Both the position numbers and the translations under genes were made by a program. Shown in pieces: positions 39,781 to 53,843 of a stretch of DNA of 64,000 nucleotides. Every line of letters begins with the position of its first letter. Positions within the stretch are counted from its first letter, which is position 1. A model generated the notes under the pieces. The model did no database searches, was not told the DNA's origin, and saw only the letters and a program-made list of their open reading frames with translations. Source of the stretch: Nageia nagi (Eukaryota; Plantae; Pinophyta); NCBI GenBank assembly GCA_050084985.1, contig JBITNC010000001.1:48422001-48486000 (forward strand), written 5' to 3'.

Positions 39781-40497
39781 CTTTATTATCCATTGCACTT
39801 TTCCAAGAGGCTGACCTTAATAGGTGATAATAGGGGACCATTAAACATTAATACTAGAAATGGAGGCTCTTGCCTGATCATCAAAACCTTTCCAAGAGAG
39901 CCATGGCTTGATGGCTTCCCAAGATTTCCAAATACTCTTGATGACAAAAGAGCATAAGATTTAAATGGAAGTTAGGGTAGTAAGAACAATTTGCAAGTTA
40001 ATATCTTGCTAAACTTTCTTACCTTAAGGTAAAGAATTAGAGAGGCAATGTTTGATATAGATTTTCCATGCCTCTTATTAAAGCTTGAATAATCCACTTA
40101 GCACATAAGGCAAAGCCCTTATTTTGGCAATAAAATAATCCCATGACACTATAGTATTTAGGAAGACAAAAAATATCCAAGGAAACTCTATGGAAGCCTC
40201 TTGTGACAATATCTCTAGCCCATAAAAAGTCACTTAGAAGCTTCTCTAGCTTATTGCAATACAATTTGGAACAACATGAGAAGAAGCTAGAACTTTGGAA
40301 GAAATTTGGTACTTCCTAGCCAAAGAAAACTTATAAGATCAATAAATCAAATTCTTCTCCACCTTTTGAAAAACATACTACCAAAGTTGAGTCAACTATC
40401 CTTGAAAAGCAAAGGGGATGCCCAAGAATTCTAAAACTTCACTAGGTTGAATCCAACTCCATTGAGTTGTTGAGTATGATGCAGTGGTGTTGTTATT

Positions 40498-41641
40498 GTT
40501 GTCAACACGATGAGATCAGTAAGCATATGGTTTACATGGTTTCACATGTCAAAGAAATGAAATCAAAAATATTTGCAAAGTTGTCAGACGCAAAAATGAC
40601 AAAGGGACCAAAAGTTGTCATGAGGTACCAAAAGTTGTCATGAGGGCCAAATTGCAAATGGAAGGTGACGGACAACCAAAGATGGCTTGGATAAGTTGTT
40701 GGATTGATAACAAACTTGTGTGCAGTGTTGGAATGGTCAAATTTCATGTTGGTTCTTTTTTGGGCACACTTATGGATTTTTGAACAGTAAAAAATTTGGG
40801 TGAAATTGGCTTCGTGCAAGTCAAATTGCGAGTAAACATTGTTGATTTAGAAGCTGAAATTGAAATAATATATATTAATATATACCAAAAAGATGTACAA
40901 ATTTCATAGAAAGATGATGGCCAAGGCAAAAATGGTGCAAGCTGCAAAATGCCACTTCGTAACTTTTTATAGTTTTGAGAATAAATTTTTGGCCAAGTCA
41001 TGGAAATAGTTGGATGGTTGTTTCGGGATCTTAAAGTCTTCAAATTTATAATTTAAAAGTTTGCACATTAATAAATTGATGATATGAACAACTTTATCTT
41101 TTGAATCACTCGGTTTGAGGTCCCAAAGTGTGAGAATCTATAATTTACACAAAACTAAGCATGTGAATTGTTTGACAAAATACCAGTGAACTATTTGTCA
41201 AAGGCCACTTTGCAAGATGTGATATGATAAAAATATGAGTATTTAGACCTTAAAATTTGTATAGAGTGTATTTGGGTATATTTAGTATATGTGGTCCAAA
41301 TTTCATATCAAGAAGGCAACCGATATGAAAATGGTACAGGTTACAAAATGCCACTTAGTAACTTTTTGCAGTTTGGTGCACTTTTTGGGACAGCAAAGAA
41401 AAAGAGGAATTCCATGAGTTTGATTTGAGATATTTGTTTTTTGGTTGTATATTTGTAATCAACGTGAAAAATATCACAACTTTGGTTTTTGGTTCATCTC
41501 AATTCGAGGTCTAGAAGTTAATGAACTAGGATGCCTGATAAGTGTTTGATGAAATGACAGGACATAAATTTTTGCTAAGTGTTGAGCCCAGTTTTGGTAG
41601 TGAAATGTTTGAAAAAATGCTTATTATGATTTTTGAAAATA
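40498..41641. mobile_element. Non-coding insertion with ~400-bp internal duplication, possibly a DNA-transposon derivative
   Basis: caaaatgccactt.gtaactttt occurs at about 40945 and 41344. It is flanked by TGTTGTTATT at 40488-40497 and 41642-41651 and interrupts the L1. Confidence 0.4.
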
Positions 41642-43279
41642 TGTTGTTATTTCTTGTTAAAATATATTACACTCCCAATTAAGTTTGGAGAGTCTTAGTG
41701 ATATAAAATATAAATACGAGCTTTTAGAGATGATTGAGCATCTATGCAGAAATCGTAATACCATTTCGTGCCATATGGTCTTGGAACATGCATTTTTAGT
41801 GCAATCAATTTGAAGTCTTGGCCCATTCCATTCCTTCCTAGACAACCAAAACATTGTATAAAATATACCTACTTTGGACAAAATCAATTTTCTCATATCA
41901 AACAATCAAGGCTAGTAAGGGTCTAAGCTTTAAGGCTAAAGCATTGGCAATAATCTTGTAACTCATATTCAAAATAGTGATGGACCTATAATTGGTAATA
42001 ACCTCAAGGTCCCTAGACTTGGGAATGAATTCAACATTACCTTTGTTAATGAGGGATCCTAATGAGCCACAACTCATGCCTTCATAATACACTTTGATCA
42101 AGTTAAACCCAACATATCCAAAAACTCCTTATAAAACTTACATGGAAAACGATCCAAGCTAGGGGCTTCATCATTAGCCATATGAGATAGAGCTTGTTTT
42201 AGATATTCAAGAGAGAGGTGCTTATCACTAAATTCAACTTGAGTTAGGAGAGAGCTCACACCTGATAAAAAAAAAACATTCCTCTAAAGCTCATTGACAA
42301 GCCTTAGTAAGTAATTGAGAAGTAAAGACCTTCTAATAGTGAATAACAAAATATTTGATAATCTTTGGAAGAGAGGTGAATTGAACCTCTTCTATTTGAA
42401 TAGATTGAAATTGAGAGTATTGAGCAGGTGTTTGAATCCTTTTGAAGAGTTATTTGGATACTCTATCTCCTAACTTGATCTAATGCATACAAACTTGGAG
42501 CTAGGCTCCTTTAGCTTCATAAATCTCATATTTTTTAAGCTCATGTATCAAAGAGGTCATTTGAGATTGTAATATAGGATTTAAGGAGAGGATTTGATAT
42601 GAATACAAGCTTTAGCAAGCTCATCTTTGAGAGTGCAATTTGCTTATTTTTTACACTTTGTAACCTCAACTTCTAAAGTTTCAACAACTTGGTTATGCAA
42701 AGAATTATAGAGTTCCACCAATCGAATCCATCCTGAATGGCATGAAGGTATTGAAACTAGATTCCAAATTCTACAAATATGAGCACACATAACATGATTA
42801 TGAAGGAAGACAAAATTTAAATAGAATTGAGAGGAGAAGGAACAAATTCTAGAATTTTGCCATTCTATAAAAAAATAATAGGAACATGATCAGAAAGAGT
42901 GGTATTGGAAATGGTATACACATGAGGTAAAGTTGACTAAATCCATAAAAAATTAAAAGAATCACACTCTAAAATCATAGCTCTATCCAACCTCTCAAGG
43001 ACTCTATAAGCATCATTATAGAAATTATAACAAGTAAACCATAACTCATGAGGAAAATTAGCCAGAGATAAACAAGAGTTAGGGTTAAATAATATATGAG
43101 TATTTCTAATAGAAGAATTAATATGTATAATAAAATTCCCAAGATTATTTTGATTTCTTGGTCTATAAATTCATGGATCAAGTTATAATTACAATATCTT
43201 TATTAATTTGCTTGATGCTTTTGTAAAGTGGTTAAATAAGGAGAAAATGAGTTTCATCTTCTATGGTATTTAGATTACA

Positions 43280-45829
43280 AAGCTTACAAGTCCTTTTATC
43301 TAACAACTTGATTAAGTTGATATCCTATATTATTTGTTGTGTAGTATATGTAATATTTTTATTATTTTTTTTTTATAACAAGTTGATTAAGTTGTTATCA
43401 TGTTCTAAGTTTGTATTCACTTGTTGGAGTTAAACTGTTTTTACATTGTAATGGGACAAAATAGTATAATAACATTCTACACTATGATGCTTAAAAAAAC
43501 CATCTTAGGGTGTAGAATAGCTAAGTACTTTTTTATCCTATTACAACATAAAAGTAGGCTAACATTTTTTGTATTCATCTATTTATATGAAATACTATAA
43601 TAAGTTTGTGTTATGCTTCAATATTTTCTAATATGGTATTAGAATGAGTGAGCAAATCATGAGCTGGTGAGGTTGTGCTCCAACTTGATTATGTGGAGAT
43701 ACTAATTCCTATTTCTCTATTGTAATAATAAATAGGTGTATAATATATATTATATTATATAATAATACTGAGAAAAGAGAGAGAGAGAGAGAGAGAGAGG
43801 ATGAAAGAGAAAAGAGAAATGAAAAAATTTTTAGCTTTGAAGCATTGGTGGTCATGGTGCATGGATTCATCAATTACCATGATCAGTACATTCAAACATT
43901 ACCTAAAGGAGATTACAAGTATTTATCTTCATAACAAGTATCATTGTGATCCCCGATGGACTTATCTTACTATGATATCACAATTTCTTAAGGAGTGATG
44001 TATTTTTTTCTAAAGAAGTTATTCCTGACATGTACAAAATGGAGAAAGCGAAGTGGAGCCACATGAATGACTACTGCAAATCTGATAGCCAACTATCATG
44101 ATCCCATGCTTGGTATCAATTGTTGTATTTTGTAGCATAAGTATTCTCCATAAATATGTGTGCATAGTGGCTACTATAATGTGCTTATCTCTCATTAGAC
44201 TTAGATCTTATCATTTTCTTATTTGGTTGTGATTTGTTGTGAGACTTATCAACCATATGTACTCTAGAACATAATGCTTTTAAGGCATCAAGCATGATGT
44301 GATCTATTGTAGTTTTTGTTATGATATGCAAGCACATTATATTGGATTTATTATTGTTTCATACATGAATCCATTTTGCTTTTGTCTAATCAACTACCAT
44401 ATCTTTAATATTGTTGTTCACAAAAATTAAATGACCTTTGAGTTATGGTATGACTATTGTACATGTAGTACAAGGTCACATTTGCATGGACACAACTCAA
44501 AAGCCATTTAATTCTAGTGTTGTTGTTTTGAAGCCTACATGATAAGGTAAGGAGGCACATGTTGTATGAATATTGTGTATGAAATACGCAATTCTCTTTG
44601 TGAAGAATGTAATCTGGAAATTATTCATGTTGAGAGTGCTAAGTCTACATGAGTGGAGAAGGCATGAGTTTGGAGCTATGAAAGTTATTTTCAACATGGG
44701 TTATGTCCTTCTAGTATGGATTTGATACTTTTTTTACCCATCTTGATTATTTACTATCCTGCTCATAGTCGAGATTTATGCTACAACATGCCTTGATATG
44801 CTCCATATTGCACCAATCCAATTATCAAATAGCACTATATGTTTGGATTTTGTATTTTACTATTAAGAATTTTATTAATAATAATTAAATATTACCACTA
44901 ATAATTTTATATGTGCCCATGTTTAGTTATTATCAGTAATTGTGTTAATCTTTTACCTTCTTAGTGGTGCCAAAAATATTAAGTTGTCATGAAAGTGGAC
45001 AATTTTTCAAGCCAAATTTTTCAATAGCTTGAATAATGAAGTTTTTCAGGTTACCATAAGCTTGTAAAGAAGGTTGAAAGAAGACTACCAAAAGTTTGCT
45101 TATTGAGAAGGTTGGATTAGTTGGTCCCAACCATTATTTGTTTGGTGACATAATATAATAGTTTGTTATGATCTCATGCTATTGGATGGTCATCAAGACA
45201 TAATAGTTTTCTTTGATTTATATGTTGTTGGATGGTTGTGTCATTATTTGATAAGTGTTTATGATTGGATGTGTGTGTTCCCAATCATAATGGTTGAAAA
45301 TAGATGTGCTTTTCCTTGTTTACACCTTGTAGTTTAGTTATGGATAAATGTCTTAGTCCCTATCCTTTCTTGGTTGTGACAATGCCCAATCATTGTTATA
45401 GAAGTTACTCTTAAGATGGGGAGGTATGGAATTCAAAACTTACCTTTTTGTTAATTGGATATGATGGTAAATGCCTAAGTGATTACCATATGAAGTATGA
45501 AGGATGGTAAATACCAAGACATTATCACATGAGGATTGAAGTTCAAGGAGTCTTTTATCTTTCAATATGGTTTCAAGATTAGTGAACCCATTATCACTGA
45601 GAAATAAAGATGTTGATGTAATCAAAAATCTAGGTATTTATCATTAAGGGAAGGGGTGTTAGAGATATTGTGTGTAATATATTATTGGTTTTGTAGTATA
45701 CATGGGATTTTGGTTATTGTTTTGTTATAACAATTTGATTAAGTTGTTATGTTATTCTAAGTTGGTATTCACCTATTTATATGGAATAATATAATAAGTT
45801 TGTGTATTGTGTTACAATATTTTCCAATA
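43280..45829 (+). mobile_element. Decayed non-autonomous LTR element with short LTRs
   Basis: The 5' LTR ends at 43633 and is followed by the degenerate Met PBS TGGTATTAGA. The PPT AAGGGAAGGGG precedes a 3' LTR at 45657-45829. Shared blocks include ttgattaagttgttat, tctaagtt.gtattcac and ctatttatatg.aata.tataataagtttgtgt. Confidence 0.7.
43776..43799 (+). repeat. (AG)n microsatellite
   Basis: About 12 AG units. Confidence 0.9.
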
Positions 45830-46499
45830 TTGTGAAATGGAAAGTAGGTTGATGAATGATTTGTGACCTTAAAGGATAAATTTTGAGGTTTTGAAGTGTT
45901 TAATGATATTTAAAGGTGATTAGATTATATTTTTGTTATGTACCAAGATATAGATATAGTGCATGTTAAATTGAGTGTATCCATTTGGAATATATATAAT
46001 TCTCCTTGCATTGAATATATAATATATTATGTTGTTCAATTATCATCTTCTATGTTATTTAATAATTGTGTGTCGACCTTCTTAGGATATGGATCATCCC
46101 CTCCTCTCAAATAGCTATAAATAGGTGTAGACTTATGTCAATAAGCAAGCAATGAGATCATTTGTAATGTTTGGACTCATGGAGTAACTTTGTAGAGTGG
46201 CTTCCTTCTAAAAGGCACATATTATGATGTTTCCCTACCTTAAAGGTTCATAATAAAGGAGGATATCATTTTTCTCTTTTATTATTTGATATACTTAGTT
46301 ATTCTTCAATTGATACTATATGATGATATTATGCTTCTATTTCTCTTCATTTCTATTATTTTGATATAATTAGGATATTATTCTATTATTTTATTATTGG
46401 GATCATAACAAGTTTTGAATTATAAAATATTAGATTCAACTTGCGAATTTGGTTGAGGGTGAGTTTAGCTCAAGAGCTAAATAACCCATGTTCTTAAAT

Positions 46500-47660
46500 A
46501 AGATTTTAAAACATCCAACTTTTTGAGGGAATATTTTAAAAGGATTTCTACAAATATTTTGTCTTATTATGAGGCTCTTCACACATGTGAGTTAATTCCT
46601 TTGTAACTCTTTAAGAGGAAGCTTAGGTGACCTTATGTTTTACACTCATGCATCCTTCTGTATTGTTAGGTAACAACATTTAAAATGAGAGTTGCTCATG
46701 TAACATTCTTCTCACCTCTATATGTAGAGGTGCTTCTCATTCATATTTAATAATATAACATAGGGTAGTATTATAATGTTAATTTAGTGTAGCAATTAGA
46801 TTACAGTGCAATTCTCTCTTGTTGCACTTATGTAATACTTTTTAGGGTTTATCATCTTCATTAATTATGAGGGGTTTTGCTTTATTTTTTTACTTACAAC
46901 TTTGTTTATGAGATGAGATTTATTTACCATATTTGTAACATGGTATCAATGCAAGTTAGTAATATTTTGTTTGATAAGTTTGGAGAGCAAAGCTCTCTTG
47001 TTGAAGGAATAATAAAAATGATAAAATATATTTTTTATTTTGAAAAAAGATCTTAAATATGGAGGTTCAATTTCATCATTTGTAACACCACCATAGGTTT
47101 TAAAGAGTTATAATTTTATAATTTCTATATTAGAAATATCGATCATAAAAAAAAAATTAATCCCATGAGCAAAGTTGGAGGAAAATACCATTAACCAAAA
47201 TATGATGAGTTTCACCATCATAAGAAGAGAAGTCAAGTATGGAGAAGGTTTTAAGATACCATTCCCACCAACTTAACCTTCATTACATAAATCATAAATG
47301 AAAGAGGCACCAAAATAAAAGTGCATTCACCATCAAAATGAGATATTATTTTTTAAGGGGAGTGTGAGAAATAATAATAACACTACAATCTAATAAATAC
47401 ATTAAACTAGCATTATAATATTATTTTATGTTATCCCATTGAAGAATAAAGGAGAAACACCTTTACATATAGAAGTGAGAAGGGGAGTTGCACCATCTCT
47501 AATATTACCACTTTGCATTAAAGAATGATACATAAGTGTGACACATAAGACCACTTAAGATTTATTTTGAAGAGAAGTTATAAATTACTCATCTTTACAT
47601 GTGTGAGGAATCTCATAAGAGGAAAAAATACTTGTTGAACAAATATATGAATTTGATCCT
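46500..47660. mobile_element. Two decayed LTR fragments of one family in opposite orientation
   Basis: About 46550-46745 is the reverse complement of about 47445-47635. The left copy ends TAACA at 46940 followed by a PBS-like TGGTATCAATGC. A PPT-like AAGGGGAG-TG is at about 47356. Confidence 0.6.
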
Positions 47661-48794
47661 TCAAAATATAATAAATGTTATTACGAGTTGATACCTTGTT
47701 AGTATTAAATAAATATAACATACTATCCCAAACTACAACTTTATAAAAAATTAATGGAGTTTAGGAAACACATAAACAAATGTTATGGCATCATAAAATG
47801 ACTTTATCATTGATCACAAAAATCAAACCTTCAAAGATCATCATAAGTGTCATTTATATTTTTCAGAAAACTTAATTTTAAATGAAGAAACTTTTAATTT
47901 TGGTTATAAATAACAAAATTCATGTAAAAAGTATAATCATGAGGTTGCCAAAAAAGATCTTGAAAATATCAACTATTAAATAAATATTTAAAAATAAATC
48001 ATCACACTTTTATATAAAAATTTATCAAGCATATGAGTTAAAATAAATATTGATAAAGTAAAATTCATTTATTTCAAACAAGATAAAATTAAATTATTAT
48101 ATGCTTGAATTAAACATAAAATGATTTAAAACATGAAAATTAATTTGAAACTATTAAGAAAGAAAATAATGTTGTTGGGAAGGACACACATTGGTAGGGT
48201 TTTTAGAGGTAGAGGTGATCCTCATGTTAGAAATGGTCTAAAAGGATTTGTAAATGGTTTAAGAGGGGGTTTTGTAGTGGTGGTGGTCCAAAAACTATTG
48301 GCTTCTCTTCCCTCCCTATTCTTCTTAATGGTTATGATTTTTTCATCCATGAGGTTGGCTTGAGGAGCTTTCCCATTACTTTTGATGAGATATTTGTAGT
48401 AAAGAACCCAAATGGGTTACCTTTAGTGATGGATATCCCTATCTTTCCCTCTTTGGCATGTGTAGGTGGTATTGAAGCAAAAGAGGTTTGAATGATGATG
48501 GCCAATATTTGTACAATGTGGCATGGAACCAACATGAAGAAGGAGGAGTGAAGTCATTTGAATCCTATTTTTATCTTGCAAAATCCAAGGCCCTATTTTG
48601 TATCAATCCTTGCATAGTTCCAAGAAATCCTCAAATCACATTTTACACCTTTTAAAATTGAAGCTATTTTTTTTCTTCAACTGCTTATATCTATAGTTTC
48701 TTTGAGATATGTGGAGAAGGACTTCTATCATGAGGATGGGCTTGACATTTATGTAAAATTGAAGGTTAAAGGCTAAAATGGATTTGAGCTCATT

Positions 48795-49055
48795 TTAAGG
48801 ATGATGTAAAACCCTTGGATGGAACTCAAGGTTTGTGACCCTCTTTCATGGATGGGAATAGGTAACTCATTTCATATAGACTTCCCTCAAATGGTTTATA
48901 TAGTCTTTAGCTTTCTCTTAAGGATCCAAGGTTTATATAGTCTTTAGCTTTCTCTTAAGGATGATGTAAAACCATTGGATGGAGATCAAGGTTTGTGACC
49001 CTTTTTCATGGATGGGAATAGGTAACTCATTTCATATAGACTTCCTCAATTGGGT
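48795..49055 (+). repeat. Local compound tandem duplication (~100-bp unit twice, plus an inner ~31-bp unit twice)
   Basis: ttaaggatgatgtaaaacc.ttggatgga...catatagacttcc occurs at about 48795 and 48955. ggtttatatagtctttagctttctcttaagg occurs at about 48893 and 48930. Confidence 0.85.
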
Positions 49056-52000
49056 ATTTGGTTTTGCTAGATGGGATTATGATCATTTTTGTCATTGTTC
49101 CAAATTTGGTACTGCATGTAGAGACCTCCAAATGTATTGGGATGGACCTCTCTACCTAGCACTATTGTAGGGTAGGGTCTTATAGAGTTTCATACATTGT
49201 GAGGGATCTCTCTACCTACCCTCTTATGGGAAATAGTTTTGTAGGGTTTATTGGTCTATCTTTTTTAGAGTCCTCTTAGGAGAACCCTTCTATTAGAGGA
49301 GAGTCTTATTTTGGGTGGCAACTTTATTTTTCAAATTTTAGTCCATTTTTCATTCTTGTGGTTTCATCTTATGTGAGGAAAAGTTTGAAATCTATTTTAG
49401 GTGATAATAATGTTTTTTAAAATCTTAAGCCCATATTGCGAAATAGAGAACTATAAAGTGCTAAGTGTAGCTCTTAGCTTTATAAGGGGTCATGGTTGCA
49501 GGATACTGCTCAACTTTATATCTTGATAGTTTTTTGGAATTATTGTTCCTATACTACATTGTAAAAGGTTGGATATCCTTTAAAATCCATATTTTCAATA
49601 TTATCAAAAAAAAAAACAATTAAAAATTTTAATTTGGAAAGTGACATGAAGATCACATGGACAATCCTTTCATTCGATGACATCATACATGCAATTTTGG
49701 TTTAAAACTCATTATGAGTTATGTTATGATGTTTAGAACTTAGAACACTCAATTGTAGGACTTATAACACTTAAAAAACTTCTTTGAAATTCAAAAAAAA
49801 TATTAAAAAAAAACCTTTAAGAAAAATTACCTAATGTAAAATATTACCTTCCTTATTCTACAATTACCTACATTTTAAACCTATAGAAAGGTGAATTTAA
49901 ACTTTAAAAAATAATTGTTTGTGATATTTTTTTATCTTAATAGTTTTGATATTAAAAAATAAACAAAGAAAAAAAACTCATTAAAAAATTATTTTAAAAT
50001 AATTAATCTTAAAATAAAGTAGTTTAAAAAAAATGAAGTTTGAACTTAAAAAATAATAATTTATCTTCCTTTGCAAAAGAAATGAAATTTACCCAAATTA
50101 AAAATTTACTTGAAATAATTATACTCTTAAAAAAAATAGTAATTTTGTCCTATAAAAATAAATTTTGTTAAAAATAATAACGATTAATATTTAAAAATTT
50201 GCAAAAATAAATTCAAACTTTTTTATGGATGGAACTATGTAAATTAACTTGTTGTATGCTTCTAAATCATGCAAGTGAGAATAGGGTAGGATGTGGCAAG
50301 TGGGATTTATCACCCATCACCAAGAAACACAAAGTTATGTTCCTTTGTGATACCTAGGAGTGGCACAAGTTGAGTTGGTGAAAATAAGCTTAATGAGAAG
50401 GAAATGATGTTGGCAATTAGTGTCATGGATGGGAAGGATCACGTCAACAAGGTGTTTTATCAACTACATAGTTCGAGGAATTATTATATGTGGCCTCATG
50501 AAAAGCTAATACATGTAAAGGAACCAAAGGCTTATTTTGGAAGAAATAGATAAATGAGCAATATCAAAGGATAAATTTGTAAAGAAAGGCTTCATAGAGC
50601 CAACATCAAGTTCTCAAAGTTTGTTGTTGGACCATAAGGACCCTTTATTGGAGATGATTAAGCTTGTGGTGGGTGATAATGTAAAAGAATATCTTCAAAA
50701 GGTGATGTACTAGGATTTTTTGAAACTCTTTGATGGTTTTGATTTGGAATTATCTAACCAAATGGCTTCGAACTGGAAGGATGGAAGAGTGAAGGTGGGA
50801 GATTTTTGAGAGAATTGAACTAAAGTATGAACAACTCTAAACTCCCAAGATCAAATGCAAGCTCACAAATAACATCTAAATAACTCACAAAGCAATCTCA
50901 CAAAGATAACTCAAGATGCAAGTGGTTCCTCCAATTAGGAGTACATCCACTAACTAGATCTTACTTCATTCACAAAGATAACTCTCTTACAATCCTCCTA
51001 ACTTCATCTCCTAAACACTATACTAAAGCATAGCTTTACTCTACAAATTGGTGTGTGATTACAAAGAGGGAACCTTCTATTTATAGGCTAAAAATCTCTC
51101 TTTGGATAACCTTTTATCCAATGTACAAAAGTATGACATGCACATCCTTTCACCCAAGGGGCTTGCTCATGACATGGAGTGTAGGACAAGTTAAATTATC
51201 ATATTCACTTAAATACTTAAGGTATCTAATGATACCCTTAAGTATTAGTGAATTTAAAAAGAGGATTATTACAAAACCTTTACAATAATGCATTATACAT
51301 TCCAACACTCCTTGATAAAATGGGCATGGATTTCCACATGTTTTGTTCTCTGATGGAACATAAGATTCTTAGCCAAAAGATAGCCAACTAATTATCTAAA
51401 TAAATAAAAATGAACCAATTTGATCATATCCATTTTTTTCAAAATATGCCTTAGCCAAATAGCTTCCTAGGCTACAATAGACATAGCATGGTATTTAACT
51501 TCTATGGTGGAAAGATAAATAGTGGGTTGCTTCTTGGAAACCAAGAGATAGCATCTGAACCAATGCTAAACACATATGCAAAGGTTGATTTCCTATCATC
51601 GTTATCTCCCCTATAGTCAGAATATGATAATCTAGAGAGAACAAATGAGGGTAACTTAGAATACTTGAGAGCAAGATTCTTAGTCCCTGCAACATACCTC
51701 AAAATTTGCTTAATAGCATTGAGGTGCTCAACATTAGGTTTCTACATGAATCATGCCATCAGATTCACTACAAAGGTAATATTAGCTTGGGTATAGTCAA
51801 ATATAGAATAATATCAATTAATTACCTGTAAGCTATAGCATTAGCCAACTAAGAGTTGGAGCTTAGAGAAATAGTTATTTTAGAAGATATTGGGATTGCA
51901 GCATATTGACACTCCTCCATTCCAAAATTTTACAAGCTGTATGATATATATTTGATTGATTACTTTTGGGTATGCACCATTGAATGATTTTATCATTATT

Positions 52001-53075
52001 TTTAGTAATCAAAAGATCATCCACATAAAGGAGAATCAAGACCATGTCTTTTCTTTGAATGAGCACATATAAATTGGAGTCTAAAAAACACTTGAAAAAA
52101 CCAAATTTTGCAAAATACCCTAAAATCTTCTTGTACCAAGCTCTAGGTGCTTCTTAAGTCCATATAATGACTTCTTTAGCTTGCACATAAAAGATTCTTT
52201 ACCTTCCATAATGAACCCTTTTGGTTGATGAAGATTTTCACATCTAAGTCACCATTGAAAAATGCACTCTTGATGTCAAGTTGAAAAACTTTCCATCCTT
52301 AAGCTACAGAAAGACTAAGGATAATTCTCATAATAGGCATCTTTGCCACGGGACCAAAGGTTTCTCACAAGCTACATTGTATTTTTGAGCAAAACCTTTG
52401 GCTATTAACCTTGCCTTGTATTTCTCAATATCTTGGATATAATTGAACTTGATCTTGAAGATCCACTTATTGCAATCACATTCTTATCATTAGGATAAGG
52501 AACCAAATCCAAGTTTCATTTTTTATAAGCACCTTATACTCCACTTTCATAGCTTTCATTTAGCACTCACGCTTAGAAGCTTCTTTGAAAGTTGAGGTTC
52601 ATGTTTGTTGTCAATATTGGCAAATAAGGATTTCCTCAAGGTCATGCTCATTGTTACCCTTTGAGTTGGAGAGTTTTGTTCTTGCGATGACTTATCAACA
52701 TCAATATCTAACCAGCTAGGTGCAATTGAAGAGTCCTCTAGATCATCAACATCCTCATTAGAAGTAGATTCTTTAAGAATTTCATTGAAGTTTACATCCT
52801 TTGAAATAAACATAGCTTTGTAGGATGGAGTAGAGCTTATAGCCTCTATATTGACTTTCATAAGCCATAAAGATGCATTTTTTAGCCCTTTTATGTAACT
52901 TATCCCTTTTCTCAGAAATAATGCAGAAGAATACTTCACAACCAAACATACTAAGGTGAGAAATGTTAGGTTTTCTTCCTGATCATGTCTCAAAAGGAAT
53001 TTTACCCTAAACGGCTTTTGTAGGGTACTTATTCAAGGTGTAAATAGTAGTGCTCACAACTTCACCCCACAAGAA

Positions 53076-53564
53076 TGAAGGATTTGAACTAGATCTAAAC
53101 AAATCCGCTAGGACCTTAGACTAGGAAACTCAAGTGTACACAAGATAACACAATCACTCAAGATAACACATCAATATAATATGGTTCCTCCCTCCTTGGG
53201 AGTACATCCACAACTAGTTCTCTTATTCTCTTGCTATGTCTCTCTTACAACTATTCTCTAGCTCTCTCCTACACAACCAAGTAGACTAATCTTACTCCTA
53301 GACTTAGATATGTTTACAAGAGGAGAGGCCCTCTATTTATAGCTTGAGAGCACCTCCCTAACCTTCCTTTAACCCAAGGGTAAGGTTAGGGTTACATTAA
53401 ATGTATCACCAAACTTCAACCTACCAACTAACCACTTTGGTAAAGTCAAAGTCTACATATTAAAGAATTCTATTAATCTCTTAAGGTATCTACATACCCT
53501 TAAGTGATTAATTGAATTTACAAGGAGTTTAGATATTCACAATATTTCATTACAAATTCTAACA
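53076..53564 (-). mobile_element. Solo LTR (489 bp) of a related Copia family inserted in the integrase of element A
   Basis: TG...CA ends with a perfect TSD AAGAA (53071-53075 and 53565-53569). It shares ggagtacatccac, ctatttatag and acccaaggg with the neighbouring LTRs. Confidence 0.9.
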
Positions 53565-53843
53565 AAGAAACTAAGCAGATTACCCAACATGCATCTAGCC
53601 ATTTCCATAATTGTTCTATTTTTCCTTTCGATAACACCATTTTTTTGAAGAGTGTAAGGAATTGTAAATTATATTTTGATTTCATACTTAGTACAATAAT
53701 CATTAAACTCATTGCTATTGTATTTTTCTCCATTATCTGATCTCAACATTTTGATCTTAAGGTTAGTCTGATTCTAAACAAAGGCCTTAAAAATCTTAAA
53801 ACTCTCAAAGGTTTGATCCTTATGCTCAAGTATTTACCCAAAG

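Larger units (their letters stand above)
33181..43050 (-). mobile_element. Decayed L1-clade LINE ORF2 in three pieces (~33181-34542, 39781-40500, ~41820-43050)
   Basis: Endonuclease end (RLDR...LSDH) near 42990-42880. RT N-terminus LINKGNVEFIPKSRDLEVITNYRSITILNMSYKIIANALA at 41898-42101. Also FLGIPF and KLLSDFLWA..GFHRVS..FCLPK..MGL (40037-40430). The RT core is missing. Confidence 0.8.

Noticed and set aside
48150-49400. Possible decayed minus-strand gag-like region
   Set aside because: Only the composition suggests it; no diagnostic motif was recovered.
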